64,000 bases of DNA from Eledone cirrhosa (lineage: Eukaryota): positions 26,102,001 to 26,166,000 of the forward strand of contig OZ024750.1 of assembly GCA_964016885.1 (NCBI GenBank), read 5' to 3'. Both the position numbers and the translations under genes were made by a program. The notes beneath the pieces are model-generated. The model was not told where the DNA came from and ran no database searches. It saw only the letters and a program-made list of their open reading frames with translations. Positions 1-12,559 of the stretch are shown here, piece by piece. Within the stretch, counting starts at the first letter, position 1, and each line of letters opens with the position of its first letter.

Positions 1-478
1 AACAACAAAGTCAAGTTACTTTATAACTTCGTTGTTTTTAATTTGTTGTTTTTATTTTCATTGTTAATTTAATAAATAATATCTGACTCTGTATCTAAAG
101 AATTAACTCAGCGAGACACAGAACTTCACTATGGATTTTACGGAATTAGATTGAGTTTTATCTACGGTAGGGACCCTACTACCAGAGGTAGACCACACTG
201 AAAAGGAAAAAAAATTATATATGTGTGTGTGTGTATTATATATATATATATATATAAAACTACATACATATGTACATACATTTACCTATGTGTATAACTA
301 TACATTTATATATTTGTATGTATGCATGCATTTATGTTTAAGTGCGTGTATATGTGAGATGATTTAAATAGTTTTGGGTAAGGAGAAAATTTTGACTCCA
401 GATTTTATTACCTAGGGAGATTAACACAACAGTTGTTCCTCCTCATCAAACACCAACGCCGGCCTGTATCTAGTATAC

Positions 479-480
<2 letters not shown>

Positions 481-509
<29 letters not shown>

Positions 510-558
510 TGTATGTATGTATGTATGTATGTATGTATGTATGTATGTATGTATGTAT
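481..558. repeat. (TATG)n microsatellite
   Basis: Direct tandem ATGT repeats; they explain the MYVC/HTYI artefact ORFs. Confidence 0.95.
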
Positions 559-585
559 GCGTGTGTATGTTCGTATGTATAAGTA

Positions 586-965
586 TTTACCCAAACCTTT
601 CATCACCATTGCTTCTTATTCTTGCCATTTCTGTTGGTGTTGTTCTTGTAACTGTTGTCATAGTTGTGTAGCCCTTATTTTCATTTTGTTTAATTTCTTT
701 CGTTTTCTTTTTCTTTTATGTCGCTAAGGAATTCGTTGACAATCTTCTTTCATTTATTTTCTTCATTCAAATGCATCCACACTGGCTGTCTCAGAGACGT
801 ACAAATATGGCTTATAAATTTACCAAATTAAAGAGCCTTCCAGCGCTCCAAAAGCTTCAAACGCCCCTAACGACCCTTGCTCCCTAACGACCCCTTGCTC
901 CCAAACGCCCCTCTAAGAGCTCCGAATCACCCCGGGAGTTCATATGCCTCCCGTTGAGAACCTTT
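586..965 (-). mobile_element. hAT-like MITE fragment, inverted paralogue of 12132-12495
   Basis: Reverse complement matches 12132-12495 (aaacctttcatcaccattgcttctt ... gttgagaacc); the terminus resembles the CAGRGGTTCTCAA hAT TIR. Confidence 0.6.
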
Positions 966-2289
966 TGGTTTAGACAGATAGCATATTAGATTGTAAAATA
1001 AAAATCATCGATTTGGCTGAATACCAAACAATTCCAATGGGGATGTAATTGTTTAAATCTAACGCAGGATAAACACATAATTTGAGCACAATTCAAGGAC
1101 ACATATTTTAGGGTGAGCTAGATGTAAATATATCAAGTCACTACTCATAGAAAGTTTGTCAGGGACGAAAGAATGGAAGTCAAGTTTCTACTGAATGAGA
1201 TATAAACTGTGTATGTGAAAGGATATATGTCATTACAACATGTCATTAAGAAAAGCGCGCTACCGCCTCTTCTAACCAAAACCTTTCGGAAATTAAATAA
1301 TATCCTAATTATGAAGAAACCAAATGTAATATTTTATTATAGCTTTTCACTACTACATTAGTCCATCTCAAACCCCTCTGGAGATAATTTCCTGTTTAAT
1401 AACTGTATAATTTACTGGAGTTGGGGTTTACTAATTGTATCCCTTTTCTGTTGTTGTTTAGGGTGAGGTCAGTCATAACTAAGGACACCTATCATCAAAA
1501 ACATTTCAGTCATCACCATACTAACATTTAGATGCCTTACGAACAACATTATTTGTTTTTGACTGCTTTCTTTAGCAGTTCGAGCGGCTATAAAGAAAGT
1601 GTCCGTCCCCACTCAAGTAACTTTCTAACAAATAAATACGCAGAACCAATTAGATATACCCAGATGTCAGACATTTGTATCTGTCAGGTTTTGACTCATA
1701 CAAGACACTCAAATACATTTACCTCATGCATTATCCTTATTCAATAGATCATGTTATAGACATTATCTCAATAACTATATATTTCCCAAACCCAGTTAAA
1801 ATAAAATTTAAAATATGGGATAACACTCAATCTGATGAAGTCTCAGCCAAGTAACATCAAATATATTATCCAGAAATTAAATTATAAAAGAATATTAACA
1901 ATTTTTTAAACAGTTACCAATTTGCACCAGCACTGATGCAAAGGCATATTGCGTAAGGCATATTGCCTATAAGAAATATGACTTACATGGCCACGATAAT
2001 ATAAACTGGCAAGACATATGTATTGAGAAACCGAACCGATTTGCAATACAAGACTGTTACTTATTCTATCGACTAATCAGTAGCGGTGAAAATCACATTC
2101 GTATCAGAACATAAATGAGTGAAAATAAATGACACAAGAACATATTTTATATTGGTTAAAATAATTATCTTACCTAGGTTAATTGTTTCAATTATATAAG
2201 AATGGACGAATTAGATTGTTCGATGAGAATATCTCTCTGGGAATTATTAATGATACCAGAAGTTGTCTTCTGTTAGAAATAAATAATCG

Positions 2290-2455
2290 TTTCTACCTTT
2301 GGCACAAGGCCAGCAATTACCTAGTGCATTACTGGTACTTTATTTTATCGACCCCGTAAGGATGAAAGGCAAAGTTAACCCCAGCGGGATTTGAACTCAG
2401 ATCATAAAGGGCCGTAACTCTTTGCTGCAAAGCATGGGTCCGACCCTCTACCGAT
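2290..2455 (-). mobile_element. tRNA-derived SINE (cephalopod OK-like)
   Basis: tactggtactttattttatcgacccc...aaggatgaaaggcaaagttaacc...gatttgaactcag; the minus strand reads a B-box (GAGTTCAAATCC); paralogues at 3605 and 23667. Confidence 0.75.
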
Positions 2456-2701
2456 AATGTGTTATAAATATAACTGAATATGAGATTGTGATCAAGTCGT
2501 CATTCCCTCGTCAATTATTTTTATTTTGTTAAGTACAATGTTATTTAATAATTTTTAAATTTCCTTTTGCTGTAATAAAATTAATAATTAATTTGTAATT
2601 TAAATGTAACATGTTTTTTTTTTTTGTCTTAATCTGAAAAACATAGTTCTCAACACTATATTCTAGTTCTCACTTTTACCACTCACTTGTTCAATATACA
2701 G

Positions 2702-3049
2702 CTACTCTCGCATGCATAAACAGGACAAAAAAGCCATAGGTAACGACAGCGGAAAAGCCAGTGGAAAAGACAGCGGAAAAGACAGTGGAAAAGACAGTGG
2801 AAAAGACAAAGGAAAAGACAGTGGAAAATCAGCGGAAAAGACAGTGGAAAAGACAGTGGAAAAGACAAAGGAAAAGACAAAGGAAAAGAAAAAAGAAAAG
2901 ACAAAGGAAAAGAAAAAAGAAAAGACAAAGGAAAAGAAAAAAGAAAAGACAAAGGAAAAGAAAAAAGAAAAGAGAGCGGAAATAACAGAGGAGAAAAATC
3001 TGGAGAGATAGGAAATTAGACCACATAAAAGATATTTCTAAAGATACAG
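2702..3049 (+). pseudogene. Candidate low-complexity exon encoding G-K-D-S / G-K-D-K / G-K-E-K-R-K-D-K repeats (frameshifted as assembled)
   Basis: AG acceptor at 2700-2701, strong CAG|GTGAGT donor at 3050, 12-nt repeat GGAAAAGACAGT. All three frames hit a stop as given. Confidence 0.35.
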
Positions 3050-3232
3050 GTGAGTTGGTTGTTTTATTAACTGTTGAATGTCTATACTTAGTTTAATAAA
3101 ACTGTAATATTCTCGAAAACCAAAAAAATTTTATACATACATATATATAAAAAAGAGTCAGGACACCGACGGCTGAGCTCCGGACGTTTCGACAGCTAAA
3201 TCCGAACTAAGCCACCAGTATTAGAACGTGTC

Positions 3233-3306
<74 letters not shown>

Positions 3307-3604
3307 TGCGCGTGCGTGTGTGTGTCTGCGTGTGTGTGTCTGCGTGTCTGGGTGTGTGCGTGTATGTTTATTTATACATTTATACAAACTAACACACTTT
3401 AAAATATTAATAAGAAAATATATGATCACGTGACAACCTGGTTGAGCTTGTTTTGTTTGGGAAGTCTGAATTTCATAATGGGTGCATTTCGATATATTGG
3501 GTCCTACATCTATCTCCCACACACTGTTGACATGAAATATCCATCTGCACAGTCTTATAGCTCAGCTATATTTATATGTATCTATATCTCTTCAAATAAT
3601 TGTT

Positions 3605-3790
3605 TCTACTTTTGGCACAAGGCCAGCAAATAACCAGTACATTACTGGTACTTTATTTTATCGACCTCGTAAGGATGAAAGGCAAAGTTAACCTCGGCGG
3701 GATTTGAACTCAGATCATAAAGAGCCATAACTCTTTGCTACAAAGCATGGTATCCGACCATCTACTGATACTGCCAATCCACCGCCCTAT
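3605..3790 (-). mobile_element. tRNA-derived SINE (OK-like)
   Basis: Same family as 2290-2455; ends in ctgccaatccaccgcc, the reverse-complemented head. Confidence 0.75.
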
Positions 3791-3877
3791 ATCTCTTCAA
3801 ATAATAAACGCAACATATATAACTCGGTTTATCTATTTAGCTGCAGTTCATTTATCCATTTTCTAACTATCTATCTT

Positions 3878-4403
3878 TCCTTAAAAGGTCGAGCGGAGGT
3901 GGCGAAGACTTACATAGCGAATTTCTGTTTTCCTCTGTATAGTGGCTATGGTAAAAGAGGTTATAAGGTGGACAAGATGGAGAGGGCTGAGGACAGATGC
4001 CTTTCACTCCGGACAACTCATTCCCTTCTTTAGGTACCACTTTAGAAGGAAAATCAGAGTGGAGAGAAAGGCACTGCACCCCAGTAAATTTACTGGAATG
4101 TGGGTGAATGTAGCAAAAGTGGCCCGAGAGATTGGGCCTTCTCATTATATAAACCTGTAGGTTGAAGAAGAGAGCAAAAGAAAGAATGGAGCACTTGCAC
4201 AACACGCTCCTGGAGTTGAGGGTTGTTCAATCTACGGGGTATAAAACAATCCATTTGTAGCGCCTCCCCCCTGCTGGGGATTTTAATTGTTGAATTTGTG
4301 AATTTGTTTGTTAAATTTTTTTTTACACTTTCGTATGTAAAATCCCCGGCATATATCCTTGTATTGTCCCCTTTCCTTGTGCACCATTGTGGCAAATAAA
4401 GAA
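3878..4403 (+). mobile_element. 5'-truncated Tx1-clade LINE (ORF2 C-terminus plus 3' UTR)
   Basis: Translates to MVKEVIRWTR..FFRYHFRRKIRVER, similar to the end of ORF 6475-9906; ends AATAAA then (TATC)n; preceded by CTATCTATCT. Confidence 0.9.
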
Positions 4404-4632
4404 ATCTATCTATCTATCTATCTATCTATCTTGATAGAGTAAGACACGCTTCGCATCGGCTCCGCTATTCCATCGGGATTTACCCTTACTATTGTAAGTA
4501 CCGGATAAATTTTTTAGTGCAACACATTTGGAACACTAACCCCTGTTATTTAGGGAAACATTTTTGCATTTACCCCCTTTTTAGGGGGTAAAATAAATAT
4601 CTATTTTTGCCGAAAAATTTCTTTCTTGGCAG

Positions 4633-6469
4633 CATGGCGGAAAAGATGGCAGACATGTCTGCCATTAGCTCTGCCACGCCCCCCAAGTCTGAAGAACAAA
4701 AAATAATTACAACAAAATTAGACATTGAAACAAACAAACAAAATGAAAAAACAAATGTTAAGGAAAATGAGCAAACAGAAAACAAACAAACAGAAAATAA
4801 TACAAATAACGACAGGGCAACTTTCGCCCAGAAAACAAAACAATCCATTACATACACACCAATTGACCTAACTGCCGCCAGAGAAAAACTGGCCGAAGCA
4901 AAGAAACACATTGTTTTGGGGGAGAACGGAATGTTTTCCATTAACTCCCCCCCCCAGAATTCAAGAAAGCCAGAGCAGAAAACACAGTTCTCTACAGAAC
5001 TATACTGAACCAGACAAGAAAGCCAGCACAGCCCAGCCAAATGGAAATAGAGTTAGTCCTAAAAGACTATATGAAGAATATTCTCTTCATACGAAAGGAC
5101 CGACTCTATGGCAGCATTTCGGTCCTAACAAGAGACAAAGAAACGGCGGAGAAGCTTTCCCTAAGCCCACTCTCGTCGACAACATATAGCTTCTATCCCT
5201 CCTACATGGGTAGAAGAACACAGAGAGTAAAAGTAAAAACAATGCTGCCCACAATGGACTTCTGGTGGGCTATTGCTGGCTTCATTGATATGGGCGAAGA
5301 CACAATGCTGTCAATGGGGAAGGCAACTGGAGATGCGTTCCTGGGAATGGGCCTCGACATACTAGTCCAAATGAGGCCCGAAAGAATAGCACAAATCCCG
5401 GATCGCATCTGGCTGGATGACCTTACCCCAATAGACATAATTGTAGAGGGGAGAAGACCAGCATGCTATTTATGCATGGAAAGGGGACACGTTAAGGCTA
5501 ACTGCCCGAAACGTATCCCCCAAAAAGGACTATTGCCCACACCCACCACAAACAGTACACCAACACCACCCACCTCCAAAAATACACTAATACCACACAC
5601 AGCAAACAAAATACAGACACCACCAACCACAAACACAACACAAACATCACCACCACCAGCACCAAACACAAGCACGACACAAAAATCACCACCACCAACC
5701 ACAACACAAACATCACCACCACCATCACCAACCACAAGCACGACACAAACATTACCACCAACACCACAAAACCCATTCCAAACAAATAATAAAAAAAACA
5801 GTAACAAATCTACCCCTCCCGCAAAAAAACAACAACCACACAACACGTCCCTCCCACCTAGCGCTGAAGAGTTTCCCCCAACTTCTGAAGAAGAAGGAGG
5901 AGAAGCCTTCAGACAAGTTAAAAGAAAAAAAAGAAAACACACACCCAGCACACCACAAATAACCCACACACAAACACCAACTCCAATCAAAAACACCCCA
6001 CCCTCAACAAACAAAAATAAATCTGCGCCTCCCCTCTCCGAAACATTGACAGCATCACAAAAAAAGACGTTGCAATACACATATATAAATAAAGAAAACA
6101 AAAAAACTGGTTAAATTAATAAACAATAACCCTATGGTGCAGACCGAAGGGCCAAACTTTATCTCAACAGAGAACTTCACCCATTTAAAAATGATAAAGG
6201 TCCCTCTGGACCTTTATCGTTCCTTAAAAGAACAATTTAGACGGGACGTGAGCCCCCCCTGTTTAAAACCGTTGAATCGCGTCCTCTTGAAAGATTTCCC
6301 CATAACCGCCCCTCTCCCTGACACAACTCCAAATACCCCAACCCCACCACACACGTGTACCCCCACACCACCACAAAACATCCCTCCACCCAACACACCT
6401 GATGCCATGGAAATTACGCAACCCGGAGAGGTAAGTGCTTTTCTTTCTTCACTTTCAACACCAAAATAG
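4633..6469 (+). CDS. Tx1 ORF1 (CCHC zinc knuckle, Pro/Thr-rich); two frameshifts, both in homopolymer runs
   Basis: CYLCMERGHVKANC knuckle; frames 4607-, 5041- and 6134- join at the C-run near 4950 and the A-run near 6103. Confidence 0.8.
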
Positions 6470-6474
6470 ATCAA

Positions 6475-9400
6475 TTGAGAGTTGGCTGTTTGAACGCGCG
6501 TGGCCTGGGCTCAGCTTGGAAGCAAGCAAAGCTTCTAAGTGACCTCAGGTCACAAAGTATAGATGTGATGGTTGTTTGCGAGAGTCGGATCAGCAGCGTG
6601 AGACAGCTGGCGCCCGCCTTCGATGACTTTGAGATGCACGCATCTCTCTGTCAACCCGGAGGCGGGGGGGGGGGAGTTGCCGTACTGCTGGATAAACGTC
6701 TGACTCTCGACGTACAGATTGTTCACTCGGACCCGGGGGGTCGATTACTGGTGCTGGACGTCGGAGGCGGTGAAGGCGGGGCTTTCAGACTGGTCGGTCT
6801 TTATGCTCCCTTCGGGGCGGAAAGAGCCGACTTCTTCCAGCGTCTGGAGACTTTTCTAGGAACGTCGCGTTCCCTGCTTTTAGTGGGGGACTGGAATGGA
6901 ATCCTAGATGCGCGTTGGGACTATGCAGGGGCATGTCCAGATAGAGGGGGGTGTAGCAGCCTCAAGGGGTTACTCGATCGATTCGACCTGGTCGATAGAT
7001 TTCGACTAGATTGTCCAACTGCGCCAACCTGGACCTGGGCAAACCGCAGTGGACAATCTAGATCGTACCTAGATAGGTTTTTGGTTAGGAGTAAGGATAG
7101 GGACGTATTTAGTTGTCCAGAACTGATCATGGTTGGCTATTCAGATCACAAATTAGTGACCTGCGTGGTCAACCTTGATAGAACGCATAGACAGGGTCCC
7201 GGTTACTGGAAGATGAACTTGTCCTTACCGACAAAGAAAGATTACAGAAACCGGATTAGTAGCTTAGTTAAGATGCGGTTGACGGGAGCGATCGTCAACA
7301 GTAGGTGGTGGATATCTCTAAAAAGAGAGATTAGAGTAAGTTCGATAGGTTACAGTAAGGAACTAGCGGCGAATAGAAATAGGAGGGAAAGGGAGTTAAC
7401 AGATAAACTAGAAGAGGCGATTAGGAGCGGAGACGTAGCCAGAGTGTTAGCGACGAGAACGGCATTGAGCCAGTTCTTTGACGCGAAGCACGAAGGCTGC
7501 GTTGTCCGAAGTAAAATACGTGCTTTAGGAAACGAGGGGACCAAAGCCGTTAGCTGGGCCCGCGTGACAGAAGCCAAGAGTGGGATTAAATCCACCATTC
7601 GGTCTTTGCGAGACCAGGATGGACGGGTGATCCTTGAACCTGAGCGAATGTGCGAGACCTTTCAAAGGCACTTTGCTCGACTGTTCGGAGGTGGCGGGGG
7701 GCCGGACGGGGATGTGGACTTCGGTCCATACCTCGACGGTCTACCGCGTCTTTCGAGCGGCGAAGCGGAGTGCTGCGAAAGGCCAATCACAGCCACTGAA
7801 ATCGGGGAAGCGCTCAGCCAATGCAGCAGACGCAAATCCCCGGGTCTCGATGGTCTACCATACGAACTTTATTTAGCTATGCCGGTCTTGTTCTCCGAAC
7901 TCCTCGAGGCTGTCTATTGCAACTGGCAACAGAACGGGAGAATTCCCTGTTCTGTGACCAAGGGCGTGGTCACGCTAGTGAGGAAGGACGAGAGCAAGGG
8001 GGACGACTTAAGTAACTTTAGGCCCATAACTCTGCTGAATGCAGAGTTACAGATTTTGGCCAAGGTGTTGGCGAAGAGGTTGGCGCTTGTGGTGGGTGGT
8101 TTGGTGGGAGACGCGCAGACATGCGCTATCCCGTCCAGGTCCATTCACGACAACCTCCACCTCATGCGATACATCATAGAGAGGGTTGGCTACGAACCCG
8201 GCTTTGGTGGGGCCCTGATCAACTTGGATCAATCTAAGGCGTTCGATAGGGTCGACCATGGTTACCTGGATGCGGTGCTAGCGGCGGCGGGCTTCGGACC
8301 CGTTTTCAGGGGCTGGATTTCTGCCATGCACAGTGGCAACATCTACTCTAGGATTAAAGTAAACGGCTACCTCTCGGAGCCGTTTCAAATCACCCGATCC
8401 ATCAGACAGGGGTGCCCCCTCTCCTCCCTTCTGTACGTATTGACTCTCGAGCCACTGCTGCGGAAGTTGGAGTTGCTGCGGGGCATACCCCTGGAACCGG
8501 GATTGCACAAAGCGGTCTCGGCCTGTGCCGACGACGTAACAGTAATGGTGGCGGACGCCTCGGAAATCGGGGCGATCGCCACCCTACTGGAGGAATACGA
8601 AAGGCTGACGGGGGCTAAGCTGAACCAGGACAAGTCAGTCGGTTTGCAACTCGGAACGTGGAGGGGCAAACCGATGCCGTTAGACGGTGTCGTCGGGCGG
8701 TGGACGGAGGGCCCGGTGAAGCTGCTCGGGGTCTGGTTCGGACCGGACCTCCAGGTGGAGAAGAATTGGGGCGAGGTGACGAGCAGGGTGTTTGCGCTGA
8801 CCCAGAAGTGGGCCAAGTGCAAACTATCACTGAAAGGTCGGGCGGAGGTGACGAACGCTTACATAGCGTCCGTCATCTACTACCGCCTGACCGTCGTGCC
8901 TTGCCCCAAGGAAAAGCTCACCATCATGGAACGCATGCTCTTCCAGTTCCTCTGGAAGAAGCGGCCTCCCATGGTGAGGAGATCCATCTGCTGCCAGCAC
9001 CCTTCGAAAGGAGGGCTGGGTATGCCGTGGCTGTTGATGCGTAGGCACGCATTGAGGCTACGGCATCTACAGGTATTCCTCAACGGTCAGCCGGTGTGGG
9101 CCCCGTTTGTGAGGCGAGCCTTCCCACAGCTCGTCTCGCTCACCGAACTGCAATCCTGGGTGAAGCAAAGACCGAGAAAACTGGGCAACTGGCACACCGA
9201 GTGTGCCCAGGCGCTCACGGCTATCTGGCAAGCGGACCCGACTGTCAGTGGAGAATCCACCTCGACATTCTATAGAGGGTTGGTGGCTAGCAGGGGCGAC
9301 GACACCCTTGGAGAGTCGCTAGGCATGGAGGAGGACGAACTGGCCAGCCTGTTCGGTAGAACTTTCGGCCCGGGACCCATGGACAACTTCCAGAGGTCCC

Positions 9401-9906
9401 TAGCCTGGCAGTGTTACCGGGGGGCTCTGCCCGTTCGAGAAAAGCTCTACAGACACGGGCGCCCGGGCAGGGATCCCGCGAAAAAGATCTGTCCCAGATG
9501 CGTGCGCGACGAGGAAACCGTTGCGCATGCACTGGTACACTGCCCGGGCGTTGCCGATCTGTGGGGCTACGTCGAACGACTGCTGTCGCGTGTGGCGCCG
9601 ATTCGATTAACCGCCGAGTCTGTGGTGAACATCAAGCCGCCTCCTCCCTTCAGAAATGAAGCAGAGGCGGTCTTTCTGTGCGTAATAGCCATGATGAAAG
9701 AGGTTGTGTGGTGGACGCGCCTGAAAGGTCTGAGGTCGGGTGACTTTCTCTCCGGCCATCACCTGGTTTACTTCTTCCGATACCACTTCGGAAGAAGAAT
9801 CAGGATGGAGAGAGAAGTGCTTGGTCCCAGACAGTTTTATGAAAGGTGGGTGAAAGAAGCGAGAATGGCCCGTGTAAATGGGCCTTCTCTCTACATTGTT
9901 CTGTAG
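6475..9906 (+). CDS. Tx1 ORF2: APE endonuclease, reverse transcriptase and C-terminal CCHC
   Basis: 1143 aa open frame: LNARG, GDWN, YLDRF, SDH (APE); KSPGLDG, NFRPITLLN, QGCPLS, CADD (RT, YADD variant); CPRC...H...C. Confidence 0.97.
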   Translation: MRVGCLNARGLGSAWKQAKLLSDLRSQSIDVMVVCESRISSVRQLAPAFDDFEMHASLCQPGGGGGGVAVLLDKRLTLDVQIVHSDPGGRLLVLDVGGGEGGAFRLVGLYAPFGAERADFFQRLETFLGTSRSLLLVGDWNGILDARWDYAGACPDRGGCSSLKGLLDRFDLVDRFRLDCPTAPTWTWANRSGQSRSYLDRFLVRSKDRDVFSCPELIMVGYSDHKLVTCVVNLDRTHRQGPGYWKMNLSLPTKKDYRNRISSLVKMRLTGAIVNSRWWISLKREIRVSSIGYSKELAANRNRRERELTDKLEEAIRSGDVARVLATRTALSQFFDAKHEGCVVRSKIRALGNEGTKAVSWARVTEAKSGIKSTIRSLRDQDGRVILEPERMCETFQRHFARLFGGGGGPDGDVDFGPYLDGLPRLSSGEAECCERPITATEIGEALSQCSRRKSPGLDGLPYELYLAMPVLFSELLEAVYCNWQQNGRIPCSVTKGVVTLVRKDESKGDDLSNFRPITLLNAELQILAKVLAKRLALVVGGLVGDAQTCAIPSRSIHDNLHLMRYIIERVGYEPGFGGALINLDQSKAFDRVDHGYLDAVLAAAGFGPVFRGWISAMHSGNIYSRIKVNGYLSEPFQITRSIRQGCPLSSLLYVLTLEPLLRKLELLRGIPLEPGLHKAVSACADDVTVMVADASEIGAIATLLEEYERLTGAKLNQDKSVGLQLGTWRGKPMPLDGVVGRWTEGPVKLLGVWFGPDLQVEKNWGEVTSRVFALTQKWAKCKLSLKGRAEVTNAYIASVIYYRLTVVPCPKEKLTIMERMLFQFLWKKRPPMVRRSICCQHPSKGGLGMPWLLMRRHALRLRHLQVFLNGQPVWAPFVRRAFPQLVSLTELQSWVKQRPRKLGNWHTECAQALTAIWQADPTVSGESTSTFYRGLVASRGDDTLGESLGMEEDELASLFGRTFGPGPMDNFQRSLAWQCYRGALPVREKLYRHGRPGRDPAKKICPRCVRDEETVAHALVHCPGVADLWGYVERLLSRVAPIRLTAESVVNIKPPPPFRNEAEAVFLCVIAMMKEVVWWTRLKGLRSGDFLSGHHLVYFFRYHFGRRIRMEREVLGPRQFYERWVKEARMARVNGPSLYIVL

Positions 9907-10137
9907 GTGAAGAAGTGAAGAGGAAAGGGGGAGCGCCTCCTCTCTGGGCTTCCCCCGCGAAAAGAGTTGCACACTTTTCGGGGGTATGTGCAATCCCCAA
10001 CACGCCCCCTCCCTTTTGAGGACTTTTTATTGTTATATTATTATTGTTATTCCTTTTTTCTTTACTCGATTTATGTAAACTCCCCCACTGTGTAAATGTC
10101 CCCTTCTTTTGTGCCCTCGTGGCAAATAAATAGAAAT

Positions 10138-10175
<38 letters not shown>

Positions 10176-12131
10176 CTTTACCTATCTATCTACCTATCTA
10201 CCTATCTATCTATATGTCTGTCTTGTTAGTCCGTACGTCCTTCCCTCCATTCGTCCGTCCATCCTTCCCGGCTTTTTAGTGTATCGTTTATTGTCAATTA
10301 CGTGCGTTGACGCTGTTAAATTAAATTTACGTAAACTCAAAAAAATTACAAGGCACACAATGGACCGATTAATCTTATGTCCACTAATAAATGCCGAAAT
10401 ATCTTACATCTTTACTGTATTTTAAAAAGTAGGAAATATTGATCGATAGACTACAATAGGCACGCCTAGCTAAAACAACATTATTTTATAATCTTCTCTA
10501 CGTACGCTCACTTCTCAATTTCATTTCCTTCTCTACATTTCTTTTGACTCTCACTTTTCCTCTTTCTTTTTTTCTGACCCATCACGCCTTTCTTAACATC
10601 ACGCCCTCTCTTAGATTTTGAGTGACTACTTCATTGGTTGTCTTGCAAACGTGTAACTAACTACTTAGAATAAGCATGATATCTTCAGCTACATCTGTAT
10701 ATATCTGTTACTAAATCACATAAGAGAGACGAAATGTGAACTGTTATTAGTGAGATAAAATCTCTTGTGGTACTACCATTTTAAATAGTATAACTGTTTA
10801 TACATTTTTGTGGGTTGCTCAGATGTCTAGCCACCCTATATAAAGACCCGAATGTTATTGAACATGATTGTTCATTTTTGGACAAAGGTTTCAGTGTGAG
10901 AATAACATGATAGCTTGCCGTGTTCCTTTCAGGATCATCTTCTAATTCCACTGACTTCATAGTTCCAATGACTTTCAAGGAGGGCAAAGATAAAATATCT
11001 CCCATTGGAAACTTTTAGCTAGACAAAGCAGAACTATAGAATGTACGTCAACTTTTGGAAGACTACATTTTCTATTAGGGCTTACTTTTGACTCATGTTT
11101 TCTTTTAATCATTACAGGTTTTCGATAGAAGAATGTAGACGACTACAGTTTTCCGGCTGGATGAGCTACAGATATCAAAGGAAGAGTTACTTGCAACTTT
11201 AATGTGTCGCATTTCTCTTTCTATGTTTATAATATTAATTATTGAAACTATCAATATTTTAAATCCATTAAACAATAAAAAAAAGTTCAGGATCAGATTC
11301 TCACATTTTTTTTTTTCCCTTAAATGATTGTCAAAATCAAAGCGAAATTCCCACATGACACTCTCGTCTGAATTTCTTGTTTGATGTTCAAGTTGAACAT
11401 CTGTAAATCATTGCTAAAAACATGAGCCGGGTATAAAACTAGGTGGGCATTGTTCTGGACAGGAGACATTATGGGGAAAGAACAATATTAAGAAGAAAAA
11501 ATATGAGAGTTGGCTAGGATACGATGAATACGCATGAGGTGAAAAAGTTATGCAAATATCTAGAGCAGAACAACAGATCATTATACTAGTGATGTAAATA
11601 GAAAGAAGAATAACAGACGGCAAGTCTATGAATGTCCTTTCTGATTTGTTTAATAATGATTGTGTGTATCAGTAGCATTGTTGTGGAGATTTGAGCTGAA
11701 GTATAATGTGGGTTTAAGTTGAACCTAGTAGAGTGTTAGAAATTGAGTGGGATTGATGTATTTTCTGGCTCTATATATGGAATTTAATGTGTGTGAAACA
11801 ATTTATTCCTGTGTTATTTCTTAGGTTTCATCAGATGTTCCAATATTTGTATCAATGTTGAAAGTCTTAAGTGTATGTTAATCATAATTAGAGAGTACAA
11901 GGTACGACATTATGTAACAGATGTATGTAGTGACAGAATTGTTTTTTTGGGGGGAGAACGTTATCCTCTTCATATTGACAGATGTTCCCAAAACCATGGA
12001 TTCACTTTATGTTGGTGTGAATTAATGGTATTGCGTATAAGTGACACATGTATGTGACAATCTAAGCAGGAGTAAAGTGTAGCAAATTTTGAGTTGCAGA
12101 GTGCCTCATTAGAGGCAATAACAATGTAGAG

Positions 12132-12495
12132 CAGAGGTTCTCAACGGGGGGCATATGACCCCGGGGGCGTTTCGTAGCTCCAGGGGGGGGCGTTTTGGCG
12201 CAAGGGGCGTGGGGAGAGGTGTATGAAGATTTGGGGGCGCTAGGCTATTTACTTAGGTAGATTTTATAAGCCATATTTTTACGGCTCTGAGACAGCCAAT
12301 CAGAATGAATTTGAATAAAGAAACCTAAGAAAATAAATAAAAGAAGCTTGTCAACCAATTCCCCAGGGAGATAAATGAAAAACGAAAGAAATCAAAGAAA
12401 ATGAATATAAGGACAACGACAACTTTTACAACAGTTACAAGAACAACAGAATCGACAATAAAAAGAAGCAATGGTGATGAAAGGTTTGGGTGTAT
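12132..12495 (+). mobile_element. hAT-like MITE fragment
   Basis: Starts CAGAGGTTCTCAAC; diverged inverted copy at 586-965; short end fragments near 20511 and 25520. Confidence 0.6.
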
Positions 12496-12559
12496 ACATA
12501 TACATACATAGAATCATACAAACACATGCATACATACATCGTTTTCGAGTACGGCCACT

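Larger units (their letters stand above)
4431..10135 (+). mobile_element. Full-length L1/Tx1-clade non-LTR retrotransposon
   Basis: 5' UTR, zinc-knuckle ORF1, APE-RT-zf ORF2, 3' UTR with AATAAA; (TATC)n on both sides. Confidence 0.95.

Noticed and set aside
3165-3228. Minus-strand CTGGTGG...CGAAACGTC, and similar weak motifs near 36730 and 63000
   Set aside because: Too many core mismatches or no stem I.
6921-9993. Overlapping alternative-frame and antisense ORFs within Tx1 ORF2
   Set aside because: Expected by-products of GC-rich coding sequence.
10740-11640. Minus-strand coding-like stretch (ORFs 10781, 11105, 11414)
   Set aside because: Fragmented with no recognisable motif; possibly an old transposon, and it cannot be assigned.
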